This document shows positions 30,878-40,608 of a stretch of 64,000 bases of DNA, in pieces. Under the pieces are notes generated by a model, which saw nothing but the letters and a program-made list of their open reading frames with translations, had not been told where the DNA came from and did not search any database. The stretch lies in assembly GCA_022820945.1 (NCBI GenBank), contig JAJEEP010000040.1, positions 47,536-111,535 of the forward strand, given 5' to 3'. Source of the stretch: Alphaproteobacteria bacterium (GTDB lineage: Bacteria; Pseudomonadota; Alphaproteobacteria; UBA828). Made by a program: the position numbers and the translations under genes. How positions within the stretch are numbered: position 1 is the first letter of the stretch; the number at the start of each line of letters is the position of its first letter.

Positions 30878-32014
30878 ATGCCGTCGATTCCGTCCGCCTT
30901 GGACATCACCCGCGACATCGTCCGCATGGACACCCGCAATCCTCCTGGCCGCGAGGTGGAGTGCGCCCATTACCTGGGCGACATGCTGAGTGCGGCGGGG
31001 ATCGAGGTCTCCTACTACGAGTTTGCGCCGGAGCGGACCAGCCTAGTGGCGGTGCTGCGGGGCGAAGGCGGGAACGGCAAGAAGCCGCTCTGCTTCGGTG
31101 GGCATATCGACGTGGTGCCGCTAGGCGCCAAGGAGTGGTCTGTCGATCCCTTCGGCGCGGACATCGTGGACGGCAAGCTCTTCGGCCGCGGCACCACGGA
31201 CATGAAGGCCGGGATCTCCGCCTTCGTCCATGTCGCGCTCAAGCTTGCGGCCGAGGACAAGCGCGGCTCGGCGGACATGGTGATGGCGATTTGCGCAGGT
31301 GAGGAGACCGGCTGCGAAGGCTCCTACCACCTGGCCGAGATCGGCGCGCTGGGCGAGGCAGGCGCCATCGTCATTGCCGAGCCGACCTCGAACTATCCCA
31401 ACCTCGGTCACAAGGGCGCGCTTTGGCTCAGAGTGGAGACCGAGGGCATCACCTCCCACGGATCGATGCCGGAGCATGGCGACAATGCGATCTACAAGGC
31501 GGCGCGCTCGGTAACCAAGCTCGAGGAGTTCGATTTCAACGTGATGCCCCACGAGCTGCTCGGCCGGTCGACGCTGAACGTCGGCACCATGCAGGGCGGG
31601 CTCAACCTAAACTCGGTGCCGGACCACGCCGAGTTCACCATCGACATCAGGACACTGCCCGAACAGAACCACGCGGAGATTTTCTCAGGCCTGGAGGGGT
31701 ATCTCGGCGACGAGAACAAGATCGCCCGCGTCGTCGATTGCGGTGGCGTGCACACCCCGCACACCCATCCCTGGATGCAGGAGATCTACGAGGTGATGGA
31801 GCGGGTCCTCGGCGAGAAGATCGAGCCGCGCGGGGCGCCCTACTTCACCGACGCTTCGGCGCTGACGCCGGCGTACGGCCGCCCGCCGACCGTCATTCTC
31901 GGGCCGGGCGAGATGCATATGGCGCACCAGACGGACGAATACTGCCCCGTGGCGCACGTCGAGCAGGCGGCGGAGGTTTACGAGATTCTGGCCCGCAGCT
32001 GGTGCGGCTACTGA
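30878..32014 (+). CDS. M20-family metallo-amidohydrolase (ArgE/DapE-like)
   Basis: GHIDVVP, GRGTTDMKAG, GEETG, IAEPT, HGSMPE.G.NAI, AHQTDEY. Start at ATG 30878 behind AAGGAG. Confidence 0.92.
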   Translation: MPSIPSALDITRDIVRMDTRNPPGREVECAHYLGDMLSAAGIEVSYYEFAPERTSLVAVLRGEGGNGKKPLCFGGHIDVVPLGAKEWSVDPFGADIVDGKLFGRGTTDMKAGISAFVHVALKLAAEDKRGSADMVMAICAGEETGCEGSYHLAEIGALGEAGAIVIAEPTSNYPNLGHKGALWLRVETEGITSHGSMPEHGDNAIYKAARSVTKLEEFDFNVMPHELLGRSTLNVGTMQGGLNLNSVPDHAEFTIDIRTLPEQNHAEIFSGLEGYLGDENKIARVVDCGGVHTPHTHPWMQEIYEVMERVLGEKIEPRGAPYFTDASALTPAYGRPPTVILGPGEMHMAHQTDEYCPVAHVEQAAEVYEILARSWCGY

Positions 32015-32140
32015 GCGGGGCCGGGGTCCGCGGACAGAGCCATCTGTGGACTCGGGCGCAGGCGCGGTTGTACGCTTTCGAATAGGGATACGGCAGCGCG
32101 GGCCGCGAGCGGCCGTGGCTGCGATGGGGAGGAAACCACC

Positions 32141-32899
32141 ATGAAGATCATGATCATCAACCCCAACTCGTCGCAGGACATGACCGACGCCGATGCCGTG
32201 GCCGGGCGCTCGGTCGCGCGGGAAGGCACCGAGGTCGTGGCGGTGACGCCGGACTACGCGCCGGCCTCGATCGAATCCTTCTACGACGAGTATCTGTGCG
32301 TGCCGGGCATCCTCAACGAGATCCGCAAGGGCGACCAACAGGGCTTCGACGCGTACATCATCGCCTGCTACGGCGACCCCGGCCTGCATGCCGCGCGCGA
32401 GATGACCGACAAACCGGTCATCGGCATTGCGGAAGCCTCGCTTTACCTGGCCTGCCAGCTCGCGGCGCGCGTCGCGATCGTCACCATCATCCCGCGCTTC
32501 CGGGTGCCGGTTGAGGACATGGTCGCGGGCTACGGGCTCAGCCACCGGGTGAGCGTGCGCACGTCGCCGGTCTACGTGCTTGACGTGGAGCAGGACTACG
32601 AGGGCTCGCTCGAGAAGCTGCGGCAGGAATGTTATCGCGCCCGCGACGAGGACGACGCCGAGGCGATCTGCCTGGGCTGCGCCGGCTTCGCGGAGTTCGC
32701 CGACGGGCTGGAAGCGGAGCTCGGCATCCCGGTGCTCGACGGGGTGGTGTGCGCCACCAAGATGGCCGAGAGCATCGTCGAGATCGGGCGCAAGACCAGC
32801 AAGTGGAAGACCTACAGGTTCCCGGAGCAAAAATCCTTCACCGGGATGCTGCATCCATTCAGCACCGAGGCTCCGGCCGGGAGAGCCGCAGCCGAGTAA
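32141..32899 (+). CDS. hydantoin/allantoin racemase (Asp/Glu/hydantoin racemase family)
   Basis: IINPNSS, SIES..DE, IACYGDPGL.AARE, PVIGIAEAS, CLGCAG, PVLDGV; both catalytic Cys present. Confidence 0.92.
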   Translation: MKIMIINPNSSQDMTDADAVAGRSVAREGTEVVAVTPDYAPASIESFYDEYLCVPGILNEIRKGDQQGFDAYIIACYGDPGLHAAREMTDKPVIGIAEASLYLACQLAARVAIVTIIPRFRVPVEDMVAGYGLSHRVSVRTSPVYVLDVEQDYEGSLEKLRQECYRARDEDDAEAICLGCAGFAEFADGLEAELGIPVLDGVVCATKMAESIVEIGRKTSKWKTYRFPEQKSFTGMLHPFSTEAPAGRAAAE

Positions 32900-32962
32900 C
32901 CACCGGCTGCCCGGCACCGTCCGGGCGGCGCCACCGTACCAGGGAGGCAAAGGGAGGCCGAA

Positions 32963-34267
32963 ATGGACAGCGGACACCTTGACAAGAGGCACGAGAAGTT
33001 CTGCGACGACGCAGAGACACGCTCACGCACGGCAGCGGGGCTCGACCGGCGCGAGTTCATGGCGGCGGCGGGCGCCACGGCGGTTGTCGCCGCGGCGGGC
33101 CTGGCGGCGACCGAGGCCGAGGCCGCGTTCTCCGAACGGGTCGCCGGCATCACCCAGGATGAGCCGATGCAGCTCATCGGCACAGGGGTCTCGGCCCAGG
33201 AGCGCTTCTTCAAGAAGTTTGAGGAGGTGAGCGGCGGGCTCCAGGTGACCGGCCAGGTCGCGAGCCTCGCCGATTCGGTCCAGAAGTGGATCACCGGCGG
33301 CTACGAGACCTTCTCGATGATCGAGACCAACGCCTTCCGCGTGCCGGCGCTTCGGGAGGCGGAGACGATTTCGCCGATCCCGGCGGAGAAGATCACCAAC
33401 TGGGAGTTCGCGGACACGCTCTTTACGGACCCCGCTCACGTCGGCGCCGACCACACCAGCGGCTGGCCGGTGGCGATGGTCTATTGGGACGACAGCCGTA
33501 CCTCGTTCGGGATGCTGCCGCAGATTTACAACATGGATGCGCTCGGCATCCTCCCGCACAAGTTCGCCGAATCCCAGCCGGACCGGCTCATACCGGACAC
33601 GCTCGGCGTGCTCTACGAAGGCCAGTGGCGCGACGTGGACGTGCGGGGCAAGGTCTCGATCCAGAACGAGGACCTGATCGGCCCGCCGCGCTGCGCGAGC
33701 TACCTCGTGAAAAACCGCAAGATGGACCCGGTCGCGGTGGGCTATGGCGATCTCGAGCCGGACGAGCTCAAGAACGTCATCGACTTCCTGATCGGCGCCA
33801 AGCAGGACGGTGTCTTCCGCGCGCTCTGGACCAACTACGGCGAGGCCGTGAACCTGCTCGCTTCGGAGGAGGTGTGGGGCATCGACTGCTGGAACCCGGT
33901 GATCGAGGATGTGAAGAAGCGCGGCATCCCGTGCCACTATGTCGACGTCTGGGAGGGCACCGGCGCCTGGTATTACGGCATGTGCCTCTCCAGCGAGGCG
34001 CCGCAGCCGGAGGTCGCCATGGCCTACATGGACTGGTGCCTCGAAGGCTGGCGCGGCGCGGCCGATGCCGAGCAGGGCTACTACTCGCCGACCCCGGACA
34101 CCGCGCGGAACTACATGACCGAGGACGCGTGGCTGAAGTGGTACGAGGGCCGCGGGCGCGACACCGGACCCAAGCTCCGGCGCCAGTCGAACATCGCCTA
34201 CTGGATGATCTGGCCGCGCAACATCACCCTCTTCATCAAGGAGTGGAACCGCTTCCTCGCCGCTTGA
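32963..34267 (+). CDS. Tat-exported PotD/PotF-like ABC substrate-binding protein
   Basis: Twin-arginine LDRREFM plus hydrophobic helix ending AEA. IDFLI..KQ.G.FRALW....EAVNLLAS.EV, A.AYMDW.LEGW.GA....QGYYS, WN.F.AA. Confidence 0.8.
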   Translation: MDSGHLDKRHEKFCDDAETRSRTAAGLDRREFMAAAGATAVVAAAGLAATEAEAAFSERVAGITQDEPMQLIGTGVSAQERFFKKFEEVSGGLQVTGQVASLADSVQKWITGGYETFSMIETNAFRVPALREAETISPIPAEKITNWEFADTLFTDPAHVGADHTSGWPVAMVYWDDSRTSFGMLPQIYNMDALGILPHKFAESQPDRLIPDTLGVLYEGQWRDVDVRGKVSIQNEDLIGPPRCASYLVKNRKMDPVAVGYGDLEPDELKNVIDFLIGAKQDGVFRALWTNYGEAVNLLASEEVWGIDCWNPVIEDVKKRGIPCHYVDVWEGTGAWYYGMCLSSEAPQPEVAMAYMDWCLEGWRGAADAEQGYYSPTPDTARNYMTEDAWLKWYEGRGRDTGPKLRRQSNIAYWMIWPRNITLFIKEWNRFLAA

Positions 34268-34282
34268 GGAAACATTCTCGTA

Positions 34283-34314
34283 GCCCCGCCGGCGCAGAAG
34301 CGTGCCGGCGGGGC
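34283..34314. terminator. hairpin between convergent genes
   Basis: GCCCCGCCGGCGC-agaagc-GTGCCGGCGGGGC, 13-bp stem with one G-U pair. Confidence 0.55.
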
Positions 34315-34394
34315 GGCACTCAGACGTTCGACCGATCCTGGGCTGGGCCGTGTAGCCCGGTTGCGTGGCAGAGTGCGTGAGCGGCGCCGATCGC

Positions 34395-35324
34395 TTATCG
34401 CCGATCCTCGCGAACGTAGGGCAGGCCAAGCGCGCCGGGTGCGCCCGAGCCGGTGCGTGAAACGAGACCGACGTACGTGAGGACGGCGAGCGTCACCAGA
34501 TAGGGCATCATCAACAGAAGATACTGCGGTACCGCTAATCCAACCGCCTGAATGCGTGGGATCAGCGCCTCGATTCCGCCGAACAGCAGTGCGCCCAGCA
34601 CGGCGCGTCCCGGCCGCCAGCGCGCAAAGATGACCAGAGCGACGGCGATCCAGCCGCGACCGTGGGTCATGTCCTCGACCCAGATCTTGGACGCCGCGAG
34701 CGCCAGATATCCTCCCGCAAGTCCCACCAGCGCGCCGCCCGTGACCACGGCGCCGAAGCGCATGAGGTCGATGCTGACACCAGCGGCATCCGCAGCCTGC
34801 GGGTTCTCGCCGACGGCGCGCAGCTTCATTCCCGGGATGCTGCGGTGAAGAAAGCGCCAGACGAAATAGACGATGGGGATGCTCGCGTAGACCATCAGGT
34901 CCTGGCTGAACACGATCTTGCCGAGCACAGGGATGGTCGACAGCACCCCCATGTCTACCTTGGTGAAGCCTTCGACCGCCCGCTCGGTCCAGGGATTGCC
35001 GATGAGGCCCGTGAGGCCGGAGGCAAAGAAGACGATGGCGATGCCCGCCACGACCTGGTTCAGGCGCATCGTCACGACCATGAAGGCGAAGAGCGCCGAG
35101 ACCACGAGGCCCGCGGCGATGGCCCCGAGGGTTCCGAGCGCGAGGATATTGCCGCTCTCGATATAGACGACCACGCCCGCAAAGGCGCCAACGAGCATGA
35201 TCCCCTCGGCACCGAGATTCATGACGCCTGCACGTTCGTTGATGATGAGCCCGATGGACGCCAGCATCAGCGGCACGGCGAAGACCGGCGTGAACGCGAT
35301 CCAGTTGACGATGAAGTCCACCAT
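34395..35324 (-). CDS. CUT2/nucleoside-type ABC transporter permease
   Basis: ERAGVMNLG.EG.ML.GA, LRAVGENP.AADAAG, GRGWIAVALVIFARWRP, PYL.TL, APGALG.PY.RE. Confidence 0.92.
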   Translation of the reverse strand: MVDFIVNWIAFTPVFAVPLMLASIGLIINERAGVMNLGAEGIMLVGAFAGVVVYIESGNILALGTLGAIAAGLVVSALFAFMVVTMRLNQVVAGIAIVFFASGLTGLIGNPWTERAVEGFTKVDMGVLSTIPVLGKIVFSQDLMVYASIPIVYFVWRFLHRSIPGMKLRAVGENPQAADAAGVSIDLMRFGAVVTGGALVGLAGGYLALAASKIWVEDMTHGRGWIAVALVIFARWRPGRAVLGALLFGGIEALIPRIQAVGLAVPQYLLLMMPYLVTLAVLTYVGLVSRTGSGAPGALGLPYVREDRR

Positions 35325-35326
35325 GC

Positions 35327-36400
35327 CTAGCGCATCCAGCGTACGCGGTAGCGAACGAAGAATTCCGAGCCCACCACACAGATCACGATGATCGATTGGA
35401 TGAGCCCGATCAGAGCCTCGGGCAAACCATAGAAGACCTGGATGCTCTCACCGCCGACATAGAGACCGGCCATCAGGAACGACACGACGACGACCGCTGC
35501 CGGGTTGTTGCGCGAGAGGAAGGCAATGACGATGCCGGAGAAGCCGTAGCCGATGGCGACATAGATCGTCAGCGCGAATTCCTGGCCCGACGCCACCAGA
35601 TATCCCCCGAGACCCGACAGCGAGCCCGAGAGCATCACGGCGCCGAGAATGGTGAGCGTGACCGGGATCCCCGACGCCAGTGCCATGCCGGGGTTGCTGC
35701 CGACGAACTTCATGTAGGCGCCGAACCGGCTTCTCTCGGTAACCAGCCAGACGATGAGGGCCGCAGCGAGCGCGATGAAGAGGCCGACGTGTATCTGGCC
35801 CCAACCGATAAGCGGCAGGCGCTGATAGTCAGCGAACTGCGCCGTCTTGTAGTAGACAGCCGCCGGGTCCTGCCAGGCGCCGAATAACTGGTTCAGAACG
35901 AACAGCGCGGCAACGTAGTTGAGAAGTAGAGTCGAGATGATTTCATTGACTTGCAGGCGCAGTCGGAGAAACGCCGGCACCGCAATCCACGCCATGCCCC
36001 CGATAATACCGCCCAGAAACATCAGATAGATCTGGATCCAACTGGGGCCAATATCGTAGATCATGACCACGGTTGTGCCGATGGCACCCCACACGAATTG
36101 TCCCTCGATGCCGATGTTCCAGAACTGAACGCGAAAGGCGACCGCGGCCGACAATCCGACGAGAATTAGCGGCGCCCACTCGAGCAATACGTCGGCGAGA
36201 CCGGCGCTGTCGAAGAACGTGAAGACGATGAACTCCTCGAAAATGTTCGAGACGTCGATGCCGGAGACGACGAGCAAGAGGACGGAAATCCCGAGCCCGA
36301 CCGCAATCGACGCGAGCACGATCAGCCCGTGCAGCCAGAACTCGATGCCCTGACGTACCTCCAGACTGACGCGGCCAATCGCAAGAGTTCGACTAGGCAT
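35327..36400 (-). CDS. CUT2/nucleoside-type ABC transporter permease
   Basis: FWNIGIEGQ..WGA, NEIISTLLLNY, VGSNP..A..SGI, GYGFSGIVIAFL.RNNP. Confidence 0.92.
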   Translation of the reverse strand: MPSRTLAIGRVSLEVRQGIEFWLHGLIVLASIAVGLGISVLLLVVSGIDVSNIFEEFIVFTFFDSAGLADVLLEWAPLILVGLSAAVAFRVQFWNIGIEGQFVWGAIGTTVVMIYDIGPSWIQIYLMFLGGIIGGMAWIAVPAFLRLRLQVNEIISTLLLNYVAALFVLNQLFGAWQDPAAVYYKTAQFADYQRLPLIGWGQIHVGLFIALAAALIVWLVTERSRFGAYMKFVGSNPGMALASGIPVTLTILGAVMLSGSLSGLGGYLVASGQEFALTIYVAIGYGFSGIVIAFLSRNNPAAVVVVSFLMAGLYVGGESIQVFYGLPEALIGLIQSIIVICVVGSEFFVRYRVRWMR

Positions 36401-37886
36401 GTCCGAGCATCAGTTCGCCGACCCGATGGCGGTCCGCCGGTCGCGCCAGCTCGCCGACGATGGCACCGCGGTTGATGACACCGACCACGTCGGAGAGATT
36501 GAGAACCTCGTCGAGATCCTCGCTGATCAGGAGCACCGCGGCGCCCAAGTCCCGCGCTGCGCGCAAATGGTCGTGAACCGCCGCGCAGGCGCGCACGTCG
36601 AGGCCATGGGTTGGCGAATGGGCCACGATCACCGCGGGCTCCCCCTGCAGCTCGCGTGCGAGTACGAGCTTCTGGGCATTGCCGCCGGAGAGCAGGCGCA
36701 CGCTGGTATCGACGGTGGCGCCCTGGATTTCGAATTCTCTCAACGCGGCGCTCGTTTGTGACCCGATCATGCGTCTCGATACCCAGGCGAGGGTTCCGAA
36801 CGCGCCGCTGCCGAGCCGGGTCGACGCATAGTTGTCGCCCACCGAGAGCTCCTGGGCGAGGCCGTAGGCGGAGCGGTCCGCCGGTACGTTGCGGATCCCA
36901 AGCGCACGGCGGCGCTTGGGATGGAGCGCCGTAATGTCGGAACCGTCGAGCCCGATATGCCCCGCTTCCGGCGCGCGGACGCCCATCAGCACTTCCGCCA
37001 GCTCCGTCTGGCCGTTGCCGCCGACGCCGGCGAGGCCGTAAATCTGCCCGCTGCAAACGGTCAGCGACAGGCCGCGTACGGTGCTGACGCCATCGTCCCT
37101 TCGCGCTGTGAGGTCGGAAATCTGGAGGCGCGCCTGGCCGCTCTGCCCCGGCGCAGTGTCGTCGACCGGCGTGTCGCCTACCATCATGCGCGCGAGGTCG
37201 GCAGCGCTTGTAGCACTTGCACCGACCGTCGCGACGGTCTTGCCGCCACGCATCACCGTGACCCGATCCGCGTGGGCCAACACCTCACGGAGCTTGTGCG
37301 TGATCAGGATGACACAGGTGCCGCGACGGGCGAGTGCCTGGATCGTGCGCAGCAACCGCGCCGCCTCGTCGTCGGTCAGCACCGAGGTCGGCTCGTCGAG
37401 GATCAAGAGGCGAGCGCCTCCCATGAGGACCTTGACGATCTCGACGCGCTGCTGCTCGGCGACGGAAATGCGATCGATCCGGGCCGCGGGATCGATCTCG
37501 AAGCCGAGCTCGTCGGATAGGCGCGCGATGCCCTCCGACACTGCAGCGATGCCCTTTCGCCATGATGTCTGCGGGTTCGCCAGTATCACGTTCTCGGCGA
37601 TGGTGAACGGCTGCACCAGCTTGAAGTGCTGGTGAACCATGCCGATTCCCAGCGCGCGTGCGTGGGACGGCCCCTCGATGCGGTGTTCGACGCCGTCAAT
37701 GCGCATGTGGCCGGCGTCGGGCCGGTAGAGCCCGCACAGCACGTTCATCAGCGAGGTCTTGCCGGCGCCGTTCTCGCCGAGCAGCCCGTGGACCTCTCCC
37801 CACTCGGCAGAGAACTCCGCGCGATCGAGCGCCATGCGACCGTCGAAGGACTTGACGATGTCCATCATCTGCAGGGCATGAGCCAT
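36393..37886 (-). CDS. CUT2-type double ABC ATPase
   Basis: GENGAGKT, GMVHQHF, QQRVEI.K, ILDEPT, ITHKL; second domain LSGGNAQK, ISEDLDE. Confidence 0.94.
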   Translation of the reverse strand: MAHALQMMDIVKSFDGRMALDRAEFSAEWGEVHGLLGENGAGKTSLMNVLCGLYRPDAGHMRIDGVEHRIEGPSHARALGIGMVHQHFKLVQPFTIAENVILANPQTSWRKGIAAVSEGIARLSDELGFEIDPAARIDRISVAEQQRVEIVKVLMGGARLLILDEPTSVLTDDEAARLLRTIQALARRGTCVILITHKLREVLAHADRVTVMRGGKTVATVGASATSAADLARMMVGDTPVDDTAPGQSGQARLQISDLTARRDDGVSTVRGLSLTVCSGQIYGLAGVGGNGQTELAEVLMGVRAPEAGHIGLDGSDITALHPKRRRALGIRNVPADRSAYGLAQELSVGDNYASTRLGSGAFGTLAWVSRRMIGSQTSAALREFEIQGATVDTSVRLLSGGNAQKLVLARELQGEPAVIVAHSPTHGLDVRACAAVHDHLRAARDLGAAVLLISEDLDEVLNLSDVVGVINRGAIVGELARPADRHRVGELMLGHA

Positions 37887-37999
37887 CCCGTGCCCCTATC
37901 GACACCATGGCGCCGAAACGGCCTCCCGGCGGGTCAGACCCTGCACGGGAGGCCGCCGTGGCCTCCTTACGGAGGAAACGCTCCTGTTATCGGTGCAGC

Positions 38000-39088
38000 T
38001 TACTGAGGCAGCTCGCCGACCACTCCCTGCACCAGATAGTTCATGCCCCAAATCTGGCCGTCGTCGAGTTGCTCACCCTCCGCGATCACCAGATTGCCAT
38101 CCTGGTCGTAGATCGGGCCCTGGAACACATGGCGTGTACCGCTCACGATTTCTTCGCGCGTCGCCATCACCTTGGCCGCGACATCTTCCGGCACTTCGGG
38201 ACCGCAGCAGACGGCGTCGGTACCACCATCCTTGATGCCCAGGAAGCGAATTCCGCTGCTCTTCCAGTCGCCGGCGACGATCGCCTGGACGGTCGGCGTG
38301 ATGTAACGCGCCCAGACCCAGACCGACGAGCACTGTGTGGCGGTCGAATACTCGCTCATGTCCCGGTGGTAGCCGGTCGACAAGACGCCGGCTTCCTGCG
38401 CCACGATCTGTGTCGAAGGCGTATCCTGGTGCTGGCCCAGGAAGTCGGCCCCCTGCTCCAGCAGCGCCTGCGCGGTCGCCCGTTCCTTGACCGGGTCGTA
38501 CCAGGCATTGGTGTAGATGACGTTGACGACGGCGTCGGGGTTCATGAGTTGGGCGCCGAGCGCATAGGCGTTGACGTTCCATGTCGTGACCGAGATTGGT
38601 ACGGCGGCGACGAAACCGATCTTGTTGGTCTTGGTCAAGGCGCCGGCCACCATTCCGCAGAGGAACTGGCTCTCGTATGTGCGCGCGTAATAGCCTTCCA
38701 GGTTATCCGCGCTGACCGTACCCGGTGTATTGAAGAATGCGACGTTGGGATTTTCCTTGGCAATCTCGAGCAAGGCGTCGTTGTAGCCGAAAGCCGAGGC
38801 CGCAATGATGTTGTAATCCCGCCTGATATAGCGCTCCACAACGGCGCGGAGTTTCGACGCGACTTCTTCAACGCCTTCGGTATAAGCGGTATGGATTCCG
38901 GTATCGGCCTCGAGGCTGACACGCGCCTCTTCCTGTGCCTGCACCCAGCCGCCATCGTCCTTCACGTTGAAGTAAATGAACGCAACTTTTGGCTCTCCTT
39001 CTATGTTGACCTGCGCTTCGGCAGCGCCATGCGTTATCGCGAGAAGTGCCGCAGCGACGAAAGCGGCTCCGATGGCTTTTAGTTTCAT
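38000..39088 (-). CDS. BMP-family (purine/nucleoside-type) ABC substrate-binding protein
   Basis: Signal peptide, KVAFIY....DDGGW, SAFGY, TKTNKIGFV, NAYALGA, WYDP.KE, GADFLGQHQD, FQGPIYDQ.G, MNYLVQGV. Confidence 0.92.
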   Translation of the reverse strand: MKLKAIGAAFVAAALLAITHGAAEAQVNIEGEPKVAFIYFNVKDDGGWVQAQEEARVSLEADTGIHTAYTEGVEEVASKLRAVVERYIRRDYNIIAASAFGYNDALLEIAKENPNVAFFNTPGTVSADNLEGYYARTYESQFLCGMVAGALTKTNKIGFVAAVPISVTTWNVNAYALGAQLMNPDAVVNVIYTNAWYDPVKERATAQALLEQGADFLGQHQDTPSTQIVAQEAGVLSTGYHRDMSEYSTATQCSSVWVWARYITPTVQAIVAGDWKSSGIRFLGIKDGGTDAVCCGPEVPEDVAAKVMATREEIVSGTRHVFQGPIYDQDGNLVIAEGEQLDDGQIWGMNYLVQGVVGELPQ

Positions 39089-39206
39089 TGATGCACTCCC
39101 TTTCTCACGTTCTTGCCAATAGTCGCGGAGGCTACATAGCCAGTGCGATAGGTTGCGGTACTTGTTGTTTCATATGCCGAGGATTCAGCATAGTCTCGGA
39201 ACTATC

Positions 39207-40088
39207 ATGTATCCAGCGCCGATTGAGACCTATTTCGCTCCGCGCACCATCGATGAGGCGCTCAAGTGCTGCGCCGAGGCAGGCGACGGCGCCATGTTCA
39301 TCGCTGGCGGCATGAGCCTGATGCAGGCGATGAAAGCGCGACTGGTGACGACGCGCGCGCTCGTCGACCTGAACGAGGTGGAGGAACTCAGCGGTCTCGC
39401 CAAGGGCCCGCGAGGCGTGACCGTGCGACCCATGACCCGCTACCGCGAGCTGGCGGTAACTACGGCCCTGCACGGCGCCATGCAGGCGATCGGCGATGCG
39501 GCGGCGACGGTGGGCGATCGGCAGGTGCGCAACGCCGGCACCATCGGCGGCAGCCTGTGCTGGAATTACGTCGCCTCGTGCATGCCTAATGTCTGCCTCT
39601 GCCTCGATGCGACTCTCGTCCTCGCGTCGCTAGAGGGTGGCGAGAGAACCGTGCCCATCGAGGAGTTCCTCGTCGGGCCGCTGGAAACCGCGCGGCATGA
39701 CGACGAGCTTTTAATCGAGATTAATTTTCCTGCCTCCAAGCATCACGGTGTCGCAAGCGCCTACAAGAAGTACGGAGGAACTGTCGACGGTTTGCCGATC
39801 GTGGGCATCGCCGCACTGATCGAAGTCGACGAGGCGGAGATCTGCTTGGATGCCCGCTTCAGCGTCGGCGGGATCCTCCCGACAGCCCGGCGCTTCGAGG
39901 GCGCCCGCGACATTTTGCGCGGCCGGCCGGGAACGTCCGAGGCCTTCGCCGAGGCCGCCAGCGCGGCGGCCGATGCCATCGAGACACAGAGCGATCACGT
40001 GGCCAGCGCCCACTACCGCAAGGTCTTGATCCGTACCCTCGGCCGCGATGTCCTGGCCGAGGCCCATGCGCGGGCGACGGGAGGCTAG
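39207..40088 (+). CDS. molybdenum hydroxylase FAD-binding medium subunit (CoxM-like, set 1)
   Basis: MYPA...YFAP.T..EA, IAGGMSL...MK.R, VGDRQVRNAGTIGGSL, D..ASA.YR. Start placed at ATG 39207. Confidence 0.9.
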   Translation: MYPAPIETYFAPRTIDEALKCCAEAGDGAMFIAGGMSLMQAMKARLVTTRALVDLNEVEELSGLAKGPRGVTVRPMTRYRELAVTTALHGAMQAIGDAAATVGDRQVRNAGTIGGSLCWNYVASCMPNVCLCLDATLVLASLEGGERTVPIEEFLVGPLETARHDDELLIEINFPASKHHGVASAYKKYGGTVDGLPIVGIAALIEVDEAEICLDARFSVGGILPTARRFEGARDILRGRPGTSEAFAEAASAAADAIETQSDHVASAHYRKVLIRTLGRDVLAEAHARATGG

Positions 40089-40092
40089 CGCC

Positions 40093-40608
40093 GTGGAGAA
40101 GACCATCACCGTCACCGTTAACGGCACGGCCTATGAGCGCACCGTGCCGCTCCGCCTCCTCCTCGTCGATTTCATCCGCGACGAGTGCGGCCTCACCGGC
40201 ACGCATGTCGGCTGCACCTACGAGGGGCGCTGTGGCGCCTGCACGGTGCATATCGAGGGCCGCGCCCACAAGTCCTGCATGAGGCTCGCGGTACAAGCCG
40301 ACGGCAGGGAGATCACCACCGTCGAGGGGCTCGCCGGGCAAGATAAGCTGCACCGCTTGCAAGAGACCTTTCGCCGCTATCACGCGCTCCAGTGCGGCTT
40401 TTGTACCAGCGGAATTCTGATGAACGCGGCGGACTTCCTGAGCGAGAACATCAACCCGAGCGAAGAGGAGGTTCGCCGCGCCCTGGTCGGCAATCTCTGC
40501 CGCTGCACCGGCTACAGCCACATCGTCGAGGCGATCCTCGCCGCCTCCGCCATGCGACACGGCGTGAAGCCGGCACCGCCCCCGGCGGAGACCGAGAGCC
40601 CGCCATGA
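40093..40608 (+). CDS. molybdenum hydroxylase [2Fe-2S] small subunit (CoxS-like, set 1)
   Basis: LTGTHVGC.....CGACTV, KSC, TVEGL, QCGFCT.G, GNLCRCTGY. Start placed at GTG 40093. Confidence 0.93.
   Translation: MEKTITVTVNGTAYERTVPLRLLLVDFIRDECGLTGTHVGCTYEGRCGACTVHIEGRAHKSCMRLAVQADGREITTVEGLAGQDKLHRLQETFRRYHALQCGFCTSGILMNAADFLSENINPSEEEVRRALVGNLCRCTGYSHIVEAILAASAMRHGVKPAPPPAETESPP

Noticed and set aside
32922-32946. 15-bp match CGGGCGGCGCCACCG shared with 1807-1821, both followed by ACCAGGGAG
   Set aside because: Almost all G/C and partly RBS sequence; a chance match is plausible in this composition.
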